Below, one piece after another: positions 38,614 to 48,028 of a DNA stretch of 64,000 bases (the stretch's first letter is position 1; every line of letters starts with the position of its first letter). The notes under the pieces were generated by a model that worked only from the letters and a program-made list of their open reading frames with translations, did not search any database and was not told the origin of the DNA. A program made the position numbers and the translations under genes. The stretch lies in the NCBI GenBank assembly GCA_040902195.1, contig JBBDXS010000019.1, positions 213,969 to 277,968 of the forward strand. The letters are read 5' to 3'. Source of the stretch: Dehalococcoidia bacterium. Lineage in GTDB: Bacteria > Chloroflexota > Dehalococcoidia > DSTF01 > RBG-16-68-14.

Positions 38614-40121
38614 GTCGATTCGTTGGCGAGACGTACCTCGCCCTGTGAGGTTGCCCGCTCCGTTAGCAGCGTGCGCATCGTTTCCACCGCGGCATCGACG
38701 TCGTCCGGGCGCACGACCGGATGCGCGCGCGCGAACGCATCGATCAGGTGTACCGCGTCGGTTGTGATCGATACCGGCTGCTCGAGTAGGTCCTGCACGA
38801 ACGCGATCAGCTCGTCGTCCAGCACGCGTACCAGCCCCGCCTGGTCGGACGCTTGCACGATCTGGAGGAACTGCTCGATGCGCTCGCCACCGCGCGCCAG
38901 GATGCGCCGGATCGTCTCGGTCGCCAGCCGCGCCTGCTGCCGTTCGAGCGCGCGCCGTAGCCGCCGCACGACGTCCTGCGCCTGCTCTCGCGGCGTCTCG
39001 TCGTCCAGCGCGACGTTGCAGTCGGCACAGCGAGGCGTGTGGTGGAGGAACTCGCGGAGGTCCGCGCGCGTGCACGGCGCGATCTCGCGGCCAAGCGACG
39101 CGTACTCTCGCAGCGCCGCAACGCCGGCCGGCCTGCCCAGGCCACGGAGCACATTCAGCCGCTCCAGCGCGACAGCAAACGGCTTCGCGTCGTCGATCGC
39201 GCGCTGCAGCTGCGCCGTCGCCCGCACGTACGAAGCGTGGTGCTCCACGTAGGCGCGCGCGTATGCCGCCCGGAACGACTCGAACGCCGCGCGCATCCCG
39301 CCCAGGCTATGCGGCTCCGATAACAGCGCCACGAACGACAGCCGCTCGCGCGTCGAGGCGTGGTCGACGATCAGCTCGTGCTGCTGCGTCCCCGGCTGCG
39401 CGCCGGCAAGATACGCGCGCAGGCTGGCAAGCTCTCGCGCCCCTTCGGCGTGCTCGATGACGCAGCGGGCCAGCGCGGCGTCTTCTGCCAGCGAGCCGGG
39501 CGTTTCGACAATGTTCGGTTCCGCGCCGTCCGCGATCGCACGTAGCCGCTCGATCGCGGACGCGGCGTACGCCGGTGTGCTGTCGATTTCCTTAAGCAGC
39601 CGTCGCAACCGCACACGCAGCGCGTCGGGCCTCGCCAGCTTCGATGACTCGTTGGGGAACGAGAGCACCGCGTCGAGCGCGCGCCAGGAGCGGTCCGCTG
39701 TACGCCCATCGATCAGCAGCGCGCGCGCCAGCGATTCGAGATCGGCCTTGCCGTTGCTGGCGAACACTTCGCGAGCCGTAAGGGTCAACGGATGGGCCGT
39801 CAGCACCACACCGACGGCGTAGGAGTCGAGCGCTCGGCGTGGCAGCCGTATCGGCGGCGGGTCGCCGTTCGTTGCGTACGCGACGCGGCTCTCGCCGATC
39901 GCCGGGCCCAAACGCGTCGGCTCGGCCGGGGCGCAGAGCGCTAGTCCGGGCGTGCGAATCCGCGTGCCGTTGTTCAGCGGCCGTTCAGAGAGGACGATGG
40001 TGAAGGCGGCGTCCGGGCTGGTCGCAACGTCGTCCCGCCACGCGGGCACGATGACCACCTCGCCCCGGCGCGAAACGCCTTCGTCATCCTGGACGGCGAA
40101 GGGCAGGCGTCGCTCGGCCAC
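38610..40121 (-). CDS. hypothetical protein (503 aa, mostly alpha-helical, Ala/Arg/Leu-rich, with a C-x(n)-HH-x3-C-x2-C cluster)
   Basis: Long ORF with genome-typical GC3 usage, translationally coupled to pth. No Walker, nuclease or other motif I recognise. IAPCTRADLREFLHHTPRCADCN is a possible metal site. Confidence 0.6.
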   Translation of the reverse strand: MAERRLPFAVQDDEGVSRRGEVVIVPAWRDDVATSPDAAFTIVLSERPLNNGTRIRTPGLALCAPAEPTRLGPAIGESRVAYATNGDPPPIRLPRRALDSYAVGVVLTAHPLTLTAREVFASNGKADLESLARALLIDGRTADRSWRALDAVLSFPNESSKLARPDALRVRLRRLLKEIDSTPAYAASAIERLRAIADGAEPNIVETPGSLAEDAALARCVIEHAEGARELASLRAYLAGAQPGTQQHELIVDHASTRERLSFVALLSEPHSLGGMRAAFESFRAAYARAYVEHHASYVRATAQLQRAIDDAKPFAVALERLNVLRGLGRPAGVAALREYASLGREIAPCTRADLREFLHHTPRCADCNVALDDETPREQAQDVVRRLRRALERQQARLATETIRRILARGGERIEQFLQIVQASDQAGLVRVLDDELIAFVQDLLEQPVSITTDAVHLIDAFARAHPVVRPDDVDAAVETMRTLLTERATSQGEVRLANEST

Positions 40122-40156
40122 GCAGCGATGATAGCACAGGTGTCGAGGTGGTAAGC

Positions 40157-41344
40157 CTAGCTTGCCGCCACGCCTGCGCTGGCCTGTGCGCGCTCGACGA
40201 TGTCCGGCAGTACGTCCAGCAGCCTATCGATGTCGTCCGCCGATGTCGCCGGGCTCACGGTGAACCGCAGCGTGCCGGCCGCGCGGTTGAGCGGCACGTC
40301 CATCGCCAGCAGCACGTGTGAAGGCTCCAGCGTCTCTTCGTTGCACGCCGAGCCCGCGCTCGCGGCGAAGCCCGCCTCATCGAGCAGGCGCAGGAGGATG
40401 CGCGCATCGGCTCCCGCAAAGCTCACGTTAACGTTGTTCGGCACGCGGCGCTCGCGGTCGCCGTTCAGCGTCGCGCCGGGTACGCGCGCCGTGATGCCGT
40501 CGAGCAGCCGGTCGCGGGTCGCTCGACACGTTGCGCTGTACGCCTCTCGATTCGCCTGCGCCAGCTCGAACGCGCGCGCCGTCCCCACGATGCCCGCGAC
40601 GTTCTCGGTGCCCGCGCGGCGCTGTCGCTCCTGCCCGCCGCCCGACTGCTGCGCCAGAAACGGCGTGCCCCGTCGTAAATAGAGGATGCCGGCGCCCTTC
40701 GGCCCGCCGAATTTGTGCGACGAGAGGCTGAGCGCGTCGACCCCCAGCGCGTCTACATTCAGATCGAACGCGTTCGCTCCCTGCACGGCGTCCGTGTGCA
40801 ACGGTACCTCACGCCCGATCGATTTCGCCCGCTCGCGCACGGCCCGCGCGATGTCGGCTACTGGCTGTACGATGCCGGTCTCGTTGTTCGCCAGCATCAC
40901 GCTGACCAGCACTGTCCGCTCGTGTACTGCCCGCGCCGCCTCCTCCGGATCGACGAGGCCATCCCGGCTCACGCGCAGGTACGTCACTTCGAAGCCGAAC
41001 TTCTCCAGATACTGGCAGCTATGCAGCACCGCGTGGTGCTCGATCGACGACGTGACGATGTGGTTGCCGACGCGCGCAAGCTGTTGTGCGAACGCTACGC
41101 CCTTGATCGCCGCGTTGATCGATTCGGTGCCGCCGCTCGTAAAGATGATCTCCTGCGGCCGGGCGCCCAGTAGTCGTGCGACGGTCTCGCGTGCCGCATC
41201 GACGGCGTCACGGGCCGTTCGCGCCGGCGCATACGTCGCGGACGGGTTGCCGAAGCTTTCGTCCAGATAGGGCGTCATCGCGTCGCGCACCTCCGCCCGG
41301 AGAGGCGTCGTCGCCGCGTAGTCGAGATAGATGGAGTCGTTCAC
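40157..41344 (-). CDS. cysteine desulfurase (class V aminotransferase, IscS/NifS-like)
   Basis: 395 aa; IYLDYAATTP, SSHKFGGPKG (PLP lysine), C-terminal catalytic Cys region (SAGSACN). Confidence 0.9.
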   Translation of the reverse strand: MNDSIYLDYAATTPLRAEVRDAMTPYLDESFGNPSATYAPARTARDAVDAARETVARLLGARPQEIIFTSGGTESINAAIKGVAFAQQLARVGNHIVTSSIEHHAVLHSCQYLEKFGFEVTYLRVSRDGLVDPEEAARAVHERTVLVSVMLANNETGIVQPVADIARAVRERAKSIGREVPLHTDAVQGANAFDLNVDALGVDALSLSSHKFGGPKGAGILYLRRGTPFLAQQSGGGQERQRRAGTENVAGIVGTARAFELAQANREAYSATCRATRDRLLDGITARVPGATLNGDRERRVPNNVNVSFAGADARILLRLLDEAGFAASAGSACNEETLEPSHVLLAMDVPLNRAAGTLRFTVSPATSADDIDRLLDVLPDIVERAQASAGVAAS

Positions 41345-41417
41345 AGCAGTTGCGCTGTATCGAGTACAGCGCCCTGATCGTACCCCCAGCAGGTCTGTCG
41401 CGTCAAACGTCTTCGCG

Positions 41418-42125
41418 CTAGCAGAAGCCTTCCGGATCGAATCGGCAGTAGAGCATGTCGATGAACTCCTGCAGCCTGTCCAGATCGAGCTCGGTCGCGG
41501 GCATCAGGTCGCGTCGGCCCCAGACGGTGATCGCGACGGTCTCCATAGCCATGTTGGGGTAGGGGGCCAGCACCAGCGTAACGTCGTCGTTCAGGTTTTC
41601 CGTCGCAAACGTCTCCAGCTGGTCGATGACGTCTTCGTCCGCCGTGTTGTACCAGACGATCACCCCGGCGTGCTCCATATTGTGCACAAGCGTCTCGGCC
41701 GGCCAGGGCTCGCGGTAGATGCCCCACGGTGCCGGGCCGCACAAGGGCGGTGATGATGAGGGGTCCTGGCCGCACGCCGCGCTTCCCCAGTGCGGCCCGC
41801 CCGCCGGCGGCAGTCCCTGCGGCGAGTAGTCCATCGCGTAAGTAACGTGCGCTGAGGTGCCGGGACGTGTGCCGTACGCTCCGCCGTAGATTGCGGCCAG
41901 GTCGACGTATTCCCCGGGCAACGATGCGTCGTCATCCGCTTCCGCCGTCTGTTCGGGCGAGAGGCGGTCCACTGTCGTTGGCTGTGCGGTCGGCGTCGTT
42001 TCGGTGCTTTCGCCGCCACCACCTCCGAGTGCAGTCACGACCACAGTGGCGGCGAGCGCCACAGCCAGCACGACGATGGCGACGAGCATCGCCCCAATCA
42101 GGCGTCTAGTCGAAGACGATGACAC
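41418..42125 (-). CDS. DUF3105 domain membrane-anchored protein
   Basis: N-terminal signal-anchor; VHNMEHAGVIVWY core typical of DUF3105; Cys-rich C-terminus. Alternative start at 42089 would remove the 20-nt overlap with the ADH gene. Confidence 0.7.
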   Translation of the reverse strand: MSSSSTRRLIGAMLVAIVVLAVALAATVVVTALGGGGGESTETTPTAQPTTVDRLSPEQTAEADDDASLPGEYVDLAAIYGGAYGTRPGTSAHVTYAMDYSPQGLPPAGGPHWGSAACGQDPSSSPPLCGPAPWGIYREPWPAETLVHNMEHAGVIVWYNTADEDVIDQLETFATENLNDDVTLVLAPYPNMAMETVAITVWGRRDLMPATELDLDRLQEFIDMLYCRFDPEGFC

Positions 42126-43179
42126 TCCGTGCCACTTCGCCGTTCTTCATCGCTGCGAAGGCGTCGTTGATGCCTTCGAGCGGGTAAGTGCGCGACACGA
42201 GCTCGTCCAGCTTCAGCTTGCCGGCCATGTACAGGTCCAGGATGCGCGGCATGTCGTAGCGCGGCCTAGTCGAGCCGTAGACGCAGCCTCGCAACACCTT
42301 CTCAGCCAGGAACGCCGGGGCGCTGATCGCCGCCTCGGAGCCGACCGGCGCCATCCCCACCACGATAGCCTCGCCGCCGCGGCGGACCATGTTGAACGCC
42401 TGCGTGATCGCCGCCGGCAGGCCGATCACCTCGAACGCGTAGTCCGCGCCGGCGCCGCCCGTCAGTTCCTGCACCTTCGCGACCGGGTCTTCTTTCGACG
42501 CGTCGACGAAATGCGTCGCGCCGAACTCGCGCGCCATCTCGAGTTTGTTCGTGTTCACATCGATTGCGATGATCTTCTCCGCGCCCGCGAGCGCGCAGCC
42601 CTGGATCACGTTCAGCCCGACGCCGCCCGCGCCGATCACGGCGCAGCTTGCGCCCGGTTCCACCTTCGCGGTGTTGATCGCCGCGCCGACGCCTGTCATT
42701 ACGCTACAACCGACGAGCGCGGCCACGTTCATCGGCACGTCCTCGCGGATCTTCACGACGCCGCCCTGCGGCACGACCATGTACTCAGCAAACGACGACA
42801 TCGACAAGAACGGCGCGACGGCCCGGTCGCCGATCTTCAGCGTTGGGGTGCTCGCGCGTCCTTCGCCACAGAGGTTCGGCCGGCCCGTTGTGCAGTAGCG
42901 GCACACGCCGCAGAACGGCGTGAACAGCATCACGACGTGGTCGCCCGGCTTTACGTACGTCACGCCGTCGCCGACCTTCTCGACGATGCCCGAGGCCTCG
43001 TGCCCGAGGATCGCCGGCGTCGGGATGGGCCACGACCCCTCGATGAAGTGGAGGTCACTGTGACATACGCCGCTCGCGCTTGTCTTGACCAGGACAAGTC
43101 CCGGCCCCGGGTTCTTGTCGATGCCGACGTCCTCGATAACAAGCGGCTTCTTCGCTTCGCGTAGGACTGCTGCCTTCAT
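42106..43179 (-). CDS. zinc-dependent alcohol dehydrogenase (MDR family)
   Basis: 357 aa from the ATG at 43179 (MKAAVLREAKK). GVCHSDLH catalytic zinc, CGVCRYCTTGRPNLC structural zinc, GAGGVG Rossmann. Confidence 0.85.
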   Translation of the reverse strand: MKAAVLREAKKPLVIEDVGIDKNPGPGLVLVKTSASGVCHSDLHFIEGSWPIPTPAILGHEASGIVEKVGDGVTYVKPGDHVVMLFTPFCGVCRYCTTGRPNLCGEGRASTPTLKIGDRAVAPFLSMSSFAEYMVVPQGGVVKIREDVPMNVAALVGCSVMTGVGAAINTAKVEPGASCAVIGAGGVGLNVIQGCALAGAEKIIAIDVNTNKLEMAREFGATHFVDASKEDPVAKVQELTGGAGADYAFEVIGLPAAITQAFNMVRRGGEAIVVGMAPVGSEAAISAPAFLAEKVLRGCVYGSTRPRYDMPRILDLYMAGKLKLDELVSRTYPLEGINDAFAAMKNGEVARSVIVFD

Positions 43180-43325
43180 GGGGCTCCTTTCGTGTCGGTA
43201 CGATGGCGCCCGCTGCGGGGCGCGGACTGCATTGTACACATTGCGCCTGATCTATAGGGGCGCACGCCTGTGCGCCCCCGAGGTCAGTCGCCGCATGCCG
43301 CACCGTTCATGGTGCGGGGGTGTTA

Positions 43326-44537
43326 TCAATAGGCAGCACACGTGACCGACAGCACCGGCGGTAGCGTGCCGGGCAGGCGCTGCCAGCTTTCTCCGCGGTC
43401 GGCGCTGGCGTAGACCTCGCCGTTGCTCGTGCCGACGTAGACGCCCTCCGGATCGAGACCGTCCGTGTCGAGTCCTTCTCGATACACGCTCTGGTAGTCG
43501 TGCGGGCCCGGCAGGCCGTTCGTCAGCGGCTCCCACGTCTTCGCGCCGTCTTGCGTTCGGTACACCGTGAACTGGCCGAGGGATACGCGGAAGTTGTCCT
43601 GGCCGTAGTCCAGCGGGACCACGTAGACCGCGTCCGGCTGGCGGCGCGTGACGGCGATGGGGAAGCCGTGGAATGAGGGGAGGCCCTCCGTGACGTCCTG
43701 CCAGTTAGCGCCGCTGTCGTCGGAGCGGAAGACGCCCCAGTGCGCCTGACCCCAGATGCGCTCGGGGTTCTTCGTGTCCACCCGCATCTTGTGCATCTCG
43801 TTGAGCCCGGCCGGGTCCTTGTCCCACGGCCCGCGGTCGATTGACGGGTCCATGCCCTCGACCATGAACTGTTGGACCAGCTTCTTCGCCTCTGGATTCG
43901 TCGCGACCGCGTTGTGCGAGAAGAGATCCCAGCTTGCTCCGCCGTCCTTCGACTCGTACGAACCCCCTGCGCCGACGCATAGGAAGACGTGCTTCGCATC
44001 GCGCGGGTCGACCTGGACCGAATGGATGCAGGAGTCACCACCGCCCGTGCCCGACCAGTACTTGCGATAGGGGTGCCGGTTCATCGACTCTACCGGTGTC
44101 CACGACTGGCCCCAGTCCTCGCTGCGGAAGAGGCCGGCGGGCTGCGTTCCGGCGTACACGACACCCGGCTCGCTCTCGTGCCCCGGCGCGACGTTCCAGA
44201 TGTTGCCTATCGCGCCCGGCGGGGTGTTCTGCCACTCGCCGGGCGCGCCGGGCGGTGGCACGGAAGGGCTCTTCATGTCGGGCGGGAACTTGAGCCCCTC
44301 GCTGCGATAGTCCCACGTCTTGCCCAGGTCCGTGCTCTTTGCAACCGAGGGGCCCCACGCCCAGTGGTTTGCGGCCGCATAGAACCTCGGTGGATCGCTC
44401 CGCAGGTCGGCCGCCATGTGGAAGAACGACCAGCCGGGCAGGATCGGCTCGGAGACCTCCCACTTCTGTCGCTTCCCGTCCGAGGAATAGATAAACGCGC
44501 CCTTCTTTGTACCCACCAGCAATCGTGTTTCGCTCAT
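43326..44537 (-). CDS. BNR/Asp-box repeat beta-propeller protein (sialidase/glycosidase-like)
   Basis: Six S/T-x-D-x-G-x-x-W Asp-boxes (STDLGKTW, SEDWGQSW, SKDGGASW, SDDSGANW, TQDGAKTW, ADRGESW). Confidence 0.75.
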   Translation of the reverse strand: MSETRLLVGTKKGAFIYSSDGKRQKWEVSEPILPGWSFFHMAADLRSDPPRFYAAANHWAWGPSVAKSTDLGKTWDYRSEGLKFPPDMKSPSVPPPGAPGEWQNTPPGAIGNIWNVAPGHESEPGVVYAGTQPAGLFRSEDWGQSWTPVESMNRHPYRKYWSGTGGGDSCIHSVQVDPRDAKHVFLCVGAGGSYESKDGGASWDLFSHNAVATNPEAKKLVQQFMVEGMDPSIDRGPWDKDPAGLNEMHKMRVDTKNPERIWGQAHWGVFRSDDSGANWQDVTEGLPSFHGFPIAVTRRQPDAVYVVPLDYGQDNFRVSLGQFTVYRTQDGAKTWEPLTNGLPGPHDYQSVYREGLDTDGLDPEGVYVGTSNGEVYASADRGESWQRLPGTLPPVLSVTCAAY

Positions 44538-44589
44538 GCGGCCTTCCTTTCGCTAGGACGACGAATTTCCCGCCTTGAGTTCGACAGCC

Positions 44590-46023
44590 TTAGTCCAACC
44601 CTTCGACCGATCGCCAGTATCTTATCGCACGGCTCAGCGCCACTGCCGCGCGCTCGAACGAATGGAACGCCGGGATCCCGCGCTCGATGACCTTCGTACG
44701 CGCATGGAAGGTCACGTCTTCGACGTGGCCCGGGTGCAGGATCGTGAGGAACGGCTTGTCCGAGCGCTCTTTGTGCGCCGTTAGCAGGTCGAGCATGCGG
44801 TCCAGGCTCAATGGGTCAGCCTGCCACTGCCGCGCCATGAAGCCCGACGCGAGCTCCATCGCGATCGCGTCGACGTGCTTGTCCTCATTTAGGATCGTCA
44901 GCAGCCGCTCGAGCGCGCCCTGCTGCCCGCCGAAGCCGATCGTCCCGCCCATGTCGAGTGGATTGCGGTAGCTCCCGCCGATGATGTTGAAAAAGCTCGC
45001 GAGCGTCTCGTAGCTCGATTCCGTCAGCAGCGGCACGTCCAGTCCCGCGCGCACGAACGCGTCCGTGATCACGACGGACTGCCCGCCCGTCATCGCCATC
45101 AGCCCCATCCCGCGGCCCGTGCCGGGCTTGCAGTAGAGCAGCGCCTTCAGCACGTCGATCGTGTCGTCGACGGTGTCCGTAGCGATCGCGCCGCACTGCC
45201 GCACGACGGCGTCCCACACGTGCTGCGACGTCGCCAGCGCCGCCGTGTGCGATGCCGTCGCGCGCGCGCCCGCCTCCGTCACGCCGCCTTTCCAGACCAC
45301 GACGGGCTTCTCGTCCGCCGCGCGCTTGAGCGCCTCGAACAGCCGCCGGCCGTCCTTTGTCCCTTCGATATACATCGCGATGACCTTTGTGTCGCGGTCC
45401 GCAGCGAGGTAGTCGAGATAGTCCGGTGCATCCAGCACCTCGGCATTGCCCATACTGATCGCTGTGCTGATCCGCACGCCCTGCGCCGCGCCGACCTGGC
45501 TGAAGTTGATCGCGTGCGTGCCCGATTGCGAGATGAAACCGACCGGCCCGCCTTCGCCTGCCGGCTGCTCAGCAGACTGGCGCACGCCCAGGCCGGGGTT
45601 GTACACGCCCATGCAGTTCGGTCCGATCAGCGCGAGTCCGGCCTCGCGCGCGATGCGTCCGATCTCGTGTTGGAGGCGTACGCCCTCATCTTCGCCCGTC
45701 TCGGCGAACCCCGAAGTGAACAGCGCGACGCCGCCCACACCTTTCGCTGCGCAGTCCGCGATGATCCGCGGCGCGATCGTCCGCGGTACTGCGCACATCA
45801 CGTAATCGATATCGTCCGGAATGTCCGCCAGCGATGCGAAGTTGGGTACGCCCAACTCTTCGATGCCCGGGATCTCATTCGGGTCGACCTGGACGGAGTA
45901 CACCTTCCCCTGGAAGGTGCTCATGTTGCGTAGCCAGAGGTACGCGTTCGCCCGCTTGTCGCCTACGACGGCGACCGTGCGCGGACGCAACGCGCGGGCG
46001 AGGCCGTCTCGTGGCTCCGGCAC
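44590..46023 (-). CDS. acetyl-CoA synthetase (ADP-forming) alpha subunit (CoA-binding + CoA-ligase domains)
   Basis: 477 aa; LRPRTVAVVGD CoA-binding Rossmann, LIGPNCMG, ISQSG, active-site His context (ATASHTAA). GTG start. Confidence 0.8.
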   Translation of the reverse strand: MPEPRDGLARALRPRTVAVVGDKRANAYLWLRNMSTFQGKVYSVQVDPNEIPGIEELGVPNFASLADIPDDIDYVMCAVPRTIAPRIIADCAAKGVGGVALFTSGFAETGEDEGVRLQHEIGRIAREAGLALIGPNCMGVYNPGLGVRQSAEQPAGEGGPVGFISQSGTHAINFSQVGAAQGVRISTAISMGNAEVLDAPDYLDYLAADRDTKVIAMYIEGTKDGRRLFEALKRAADEKPVVVWKGGVTEAGARATASHTAALATSQHVWDAVVRQCGAIATDTVDDTIDVLKALLYCKPGTGRGMGLMAMTGGQSVVITDAFVRAGLDVPLLTESSYETLASFFNIIGGSYRNPLDMGGTIGFGGQQGALERLLTILNEDKHVDAIAMELASGFMARQWQADPLSLDRMLDLLTAHKERSDKPFLTILHPGHVEDVTFHARTKVIERGIPAFHSFERAAVALSRAIRYWRSVEGLD

Positions 46024-46034
46024 GATAGCGTCCG

Positions 46035-46133
46035 CTAGCGCGCCGGCGTCTTCGCCTGCGCTTTGCGCTTGTCTTTCGCCTTGCGTTCCTTCACGCGGCG
46101 TTTGTTCAGTGCGACTTTCCTCGATTTGTTCAT
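46035..46133 (-). CDS. candidate small basic protein (32 aa: [32 protein letters not shown])
   Basis: ATG overlaps the stop of the upstream beta-subunit gene (ATGA); AGGA Shine-Dalgarno 6 nt upstream; stop 11 nt before the alpha-subunit GTG; 78% GC3 like genuine genes; 14 of 32 residues Lys/Arg. Confidence 0.4.
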   Translation of the reverse strand: MNKSRKVALNKRRVKERKAKDKRKAQAKTPAR

Positions 46134-46867
46134 GGCACGTCCTTTAGTGTGATGCGCGCGTCGACAGCGATGGCGCCGTCTGGGTAGGCGAACACCGGGT
46201 TCAGGTCGAGCTCGTCGAGCTCGGGATGCGCTTGCGCGAAGCTCGAGAGCTTGAGCAAGATGTCTTGCAGCGCGTCGAGGTCCGCCGGCTCCTGTCCTCG
46301 ATACCCTTCCAGCAGCGGGAAGCCCTGGAGCTCGCGTATCATCTGCGATGCGTCTCGTTTCGTGATCGGCACGACGCGGAACGCGACGTCCTTCAGCACC
46401 TCGACAAGCACGCCGCCCAATCCGAACATCAACACCGGGCCAAACTGCGCGTCGGTCGTCATACCGGCAATTACCTCTACGCCTGGCTTGGCCATGCGTT
46501 GCACGGAGACGCCATCGATCGCTGCGTTCGGCTCGGCGCGCTTCGCCGCCGCGACGATATCGTCGTACGCGCTCGACACGCCGTCTGCCGATGTGAGCCC
46601 GAGCTTTACGCCGCCGGCGTCGCTTTTGTGCGTAATCTGCGGCGATACGATTTTGAGCGCGACCGGATAGCCCAGCTCGCCCGCGATCGAGACCGCCTCG
46701 TCCTTGGTCTTCGCGAGCCGCGTCTCGACCACAGGAATGCCCGCTTCTCTGAGGAGCTGCTTCGCCTCGACCTCATTGAGAAGCGTCCGTCCCTGCGCCC
46801 GGGCCTGCTCGATCACCGCAGCAGTCATACGATGACGTATCTTACGCAAGCCCGCGTAACGCGTCAA
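46130..46867 (-). CDS. acetyl-CoA synthetase (ADP-forming) beta subunit (ATP-grasp domain)
   Basis: ATP-grasp ([17 protein letters not shown] ... [22 protein letters not shown]). TTG 46867 preceded by AGAGGGAG; internal ATG at 46828 is an alternative start. Confidence 0.8.
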   Translation of the reverse strand: MTRYAGLRKIRHRMTAAVIEQARAQGRTLLNEVEAKQLLREAGIPVVETRLAKTKDEAVSIAGELGYPVALKIVSPQITHKSDAGGVKLGLTSADGVSSAYDDIVAAAKRAEPNAAIDGVSVQRMAKPGVEVIAGMTTDAQFGPVLMFGLGGVLVEVLKDVAFRVVPITKRDASQMIRELQGFPLLEGYRGQEPADLDALQDILLKLSSFAQAHPELDELDLNPVFAYPDGAIAVDARITLKDVP

Positions 46868-46919
46868 ACGGCGCTCCCTCTTGCAATCCTCTCGACGCTC
46901 GCTATACTAAGAGCTACGA

Positions 46920-46994
<75 letters not shown>

Positions 46995-47087
46995 CAACGC
47001 ACATTAGGCGCACGGCTCGAATCTAGAATTGCCCCGTTCCGGTTCGCAGGTTCGAGTTCTGCCGAGGATACCAGACACGTGACAACA

Positions 47088-47119
47088 CCACGGCGCCCCG
47101 TAGATGCGGGGCGCCGTGG
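47088..47119. terminator. 13-bp perfect GC-rich hairpin (CCACGGCGCCCCG-TAGATG-CGGGGCGCCGTGG) between convergent tRNA-Gly and the SDR gene
   Basis: Perfect inverted repeat read directly. No U-tract, as often seen in high-GC genomes. Positioned to terminate both convergent transcripts. Confidence 0.45.
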
Positions 47120-47149
47120 CATATCGAGGACGTTTGTTGGCGGTCAAAC

Positions 47150-47908
47150 CTAGCGCGCAACGAACCCGCCATCGACCGGGATCACGGCGCCTGTGATGAA
47201 TGACGAGCGGTCGGACGCGAGGAAGAGCGCAAGCTGCGCTACCTCCTTCGGCGTGCCGAAGCGTCCCACAGGCTCCAGCGCCTCCATTTGCGCAACTGCT
47301 GCGGGATCGTCGTGCGTGAACCGGCCGACCATAGGCGTGTCGATCACGCCCGGACAGAGGCAGTTCACGCGGACGCCCTGCTCGGCGTACTCCAGCGCTG
47401 CGGTTCGGGTGAGTTGGACGACTCCACCCTTGGAGGCGCAGTACGCCGGGATGCCCGGGAAGCCAACGAGCCCGGCGACAGAGGCGTTGTTGATCACCGA
47501 GCCGCCGCCGCCGCGCAGCATCGCGTCGATGCCGAACTTCAGGCCAAGGAACACGCTCTTCAGGTTGCAATCGATGACGCGCTGCCAGTTGTCAACTGTC
47601 GCTTGCGCCGTCGGCGCCTGCTCACCCTCAATGCCGGCGTTGTTGAAGAGCACGTCCAACCGCCCGTACTGGCTCAGCGCCAGATGGATCATCGCTTCAA
47701 CATCGCCCTCGCGTGACACGTCGGCGTGGACGTAGGCGCAGGTCGAACCCGTTCGCGCCAACTCGTCCGCAAGCTGCTGCCCCGCCTCGTCCTGGACGTC
47801 CGCCGCGATGACGACCGCACCCTCCGAGGCAAAGAGTTCAACGCTCGCCCGGCCGATACCGGACGCCGCCCCCGTGACAATGGCGACTTTGTTCTCTAGC
47901 TCGCCCAT
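47150..47908 (-). CDS. short-chain dehydrogenase/reductase (SDR)
   Basis: TGAASGIGRA cofactor motif, NNAG, YCASKGG catalytic Tyr-x3-Lys. ATG at 47908 preceded by GGGAGA. Confidence 0.85.
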   Translation of the reverse strand: MGELENKVAIVTGAASGIGRASVELFASEGAVVIAADVQDEAGQQLADELARTGSTCAYVHADVSREGDVEAMIHLALSQYGRLDVLFNNAGIEGEQAPTAQATVDNWQRVIDCNLKSVFLGLKFGIDAMLRGGGGSVINNASVAGLVGFPGIPAYCASKGGVVQLTRTAALEYAEQGVRVNCLCPGVIDTPMVGRFTHDDPAAVAQMEALEPVGRFGTPKEVAQLALFLASDRSSFITGAVIPVDGGFVAR

Positions 47909-48028
47909 CACTGTCTCTCCCTTTTCTGCATCGCTGGCTGCGCGGATATTTCGCGGTTTCTATCTTCTCGTAATGCTCGTCCGTCTGGCACGGCCAAGAG
48001 GCCCCTAGCTGCGAGCCATTCGGCACAT

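Noticed and set aside
37957-39075. 372-aa version of pth
   Set aside because: The extra 154 N-terminal residues overlap the upstream 503-aa gene in another frame and are Arg/Ala/Gly-rich junk. The conserved Pth core begins right after the GTG at 38613.
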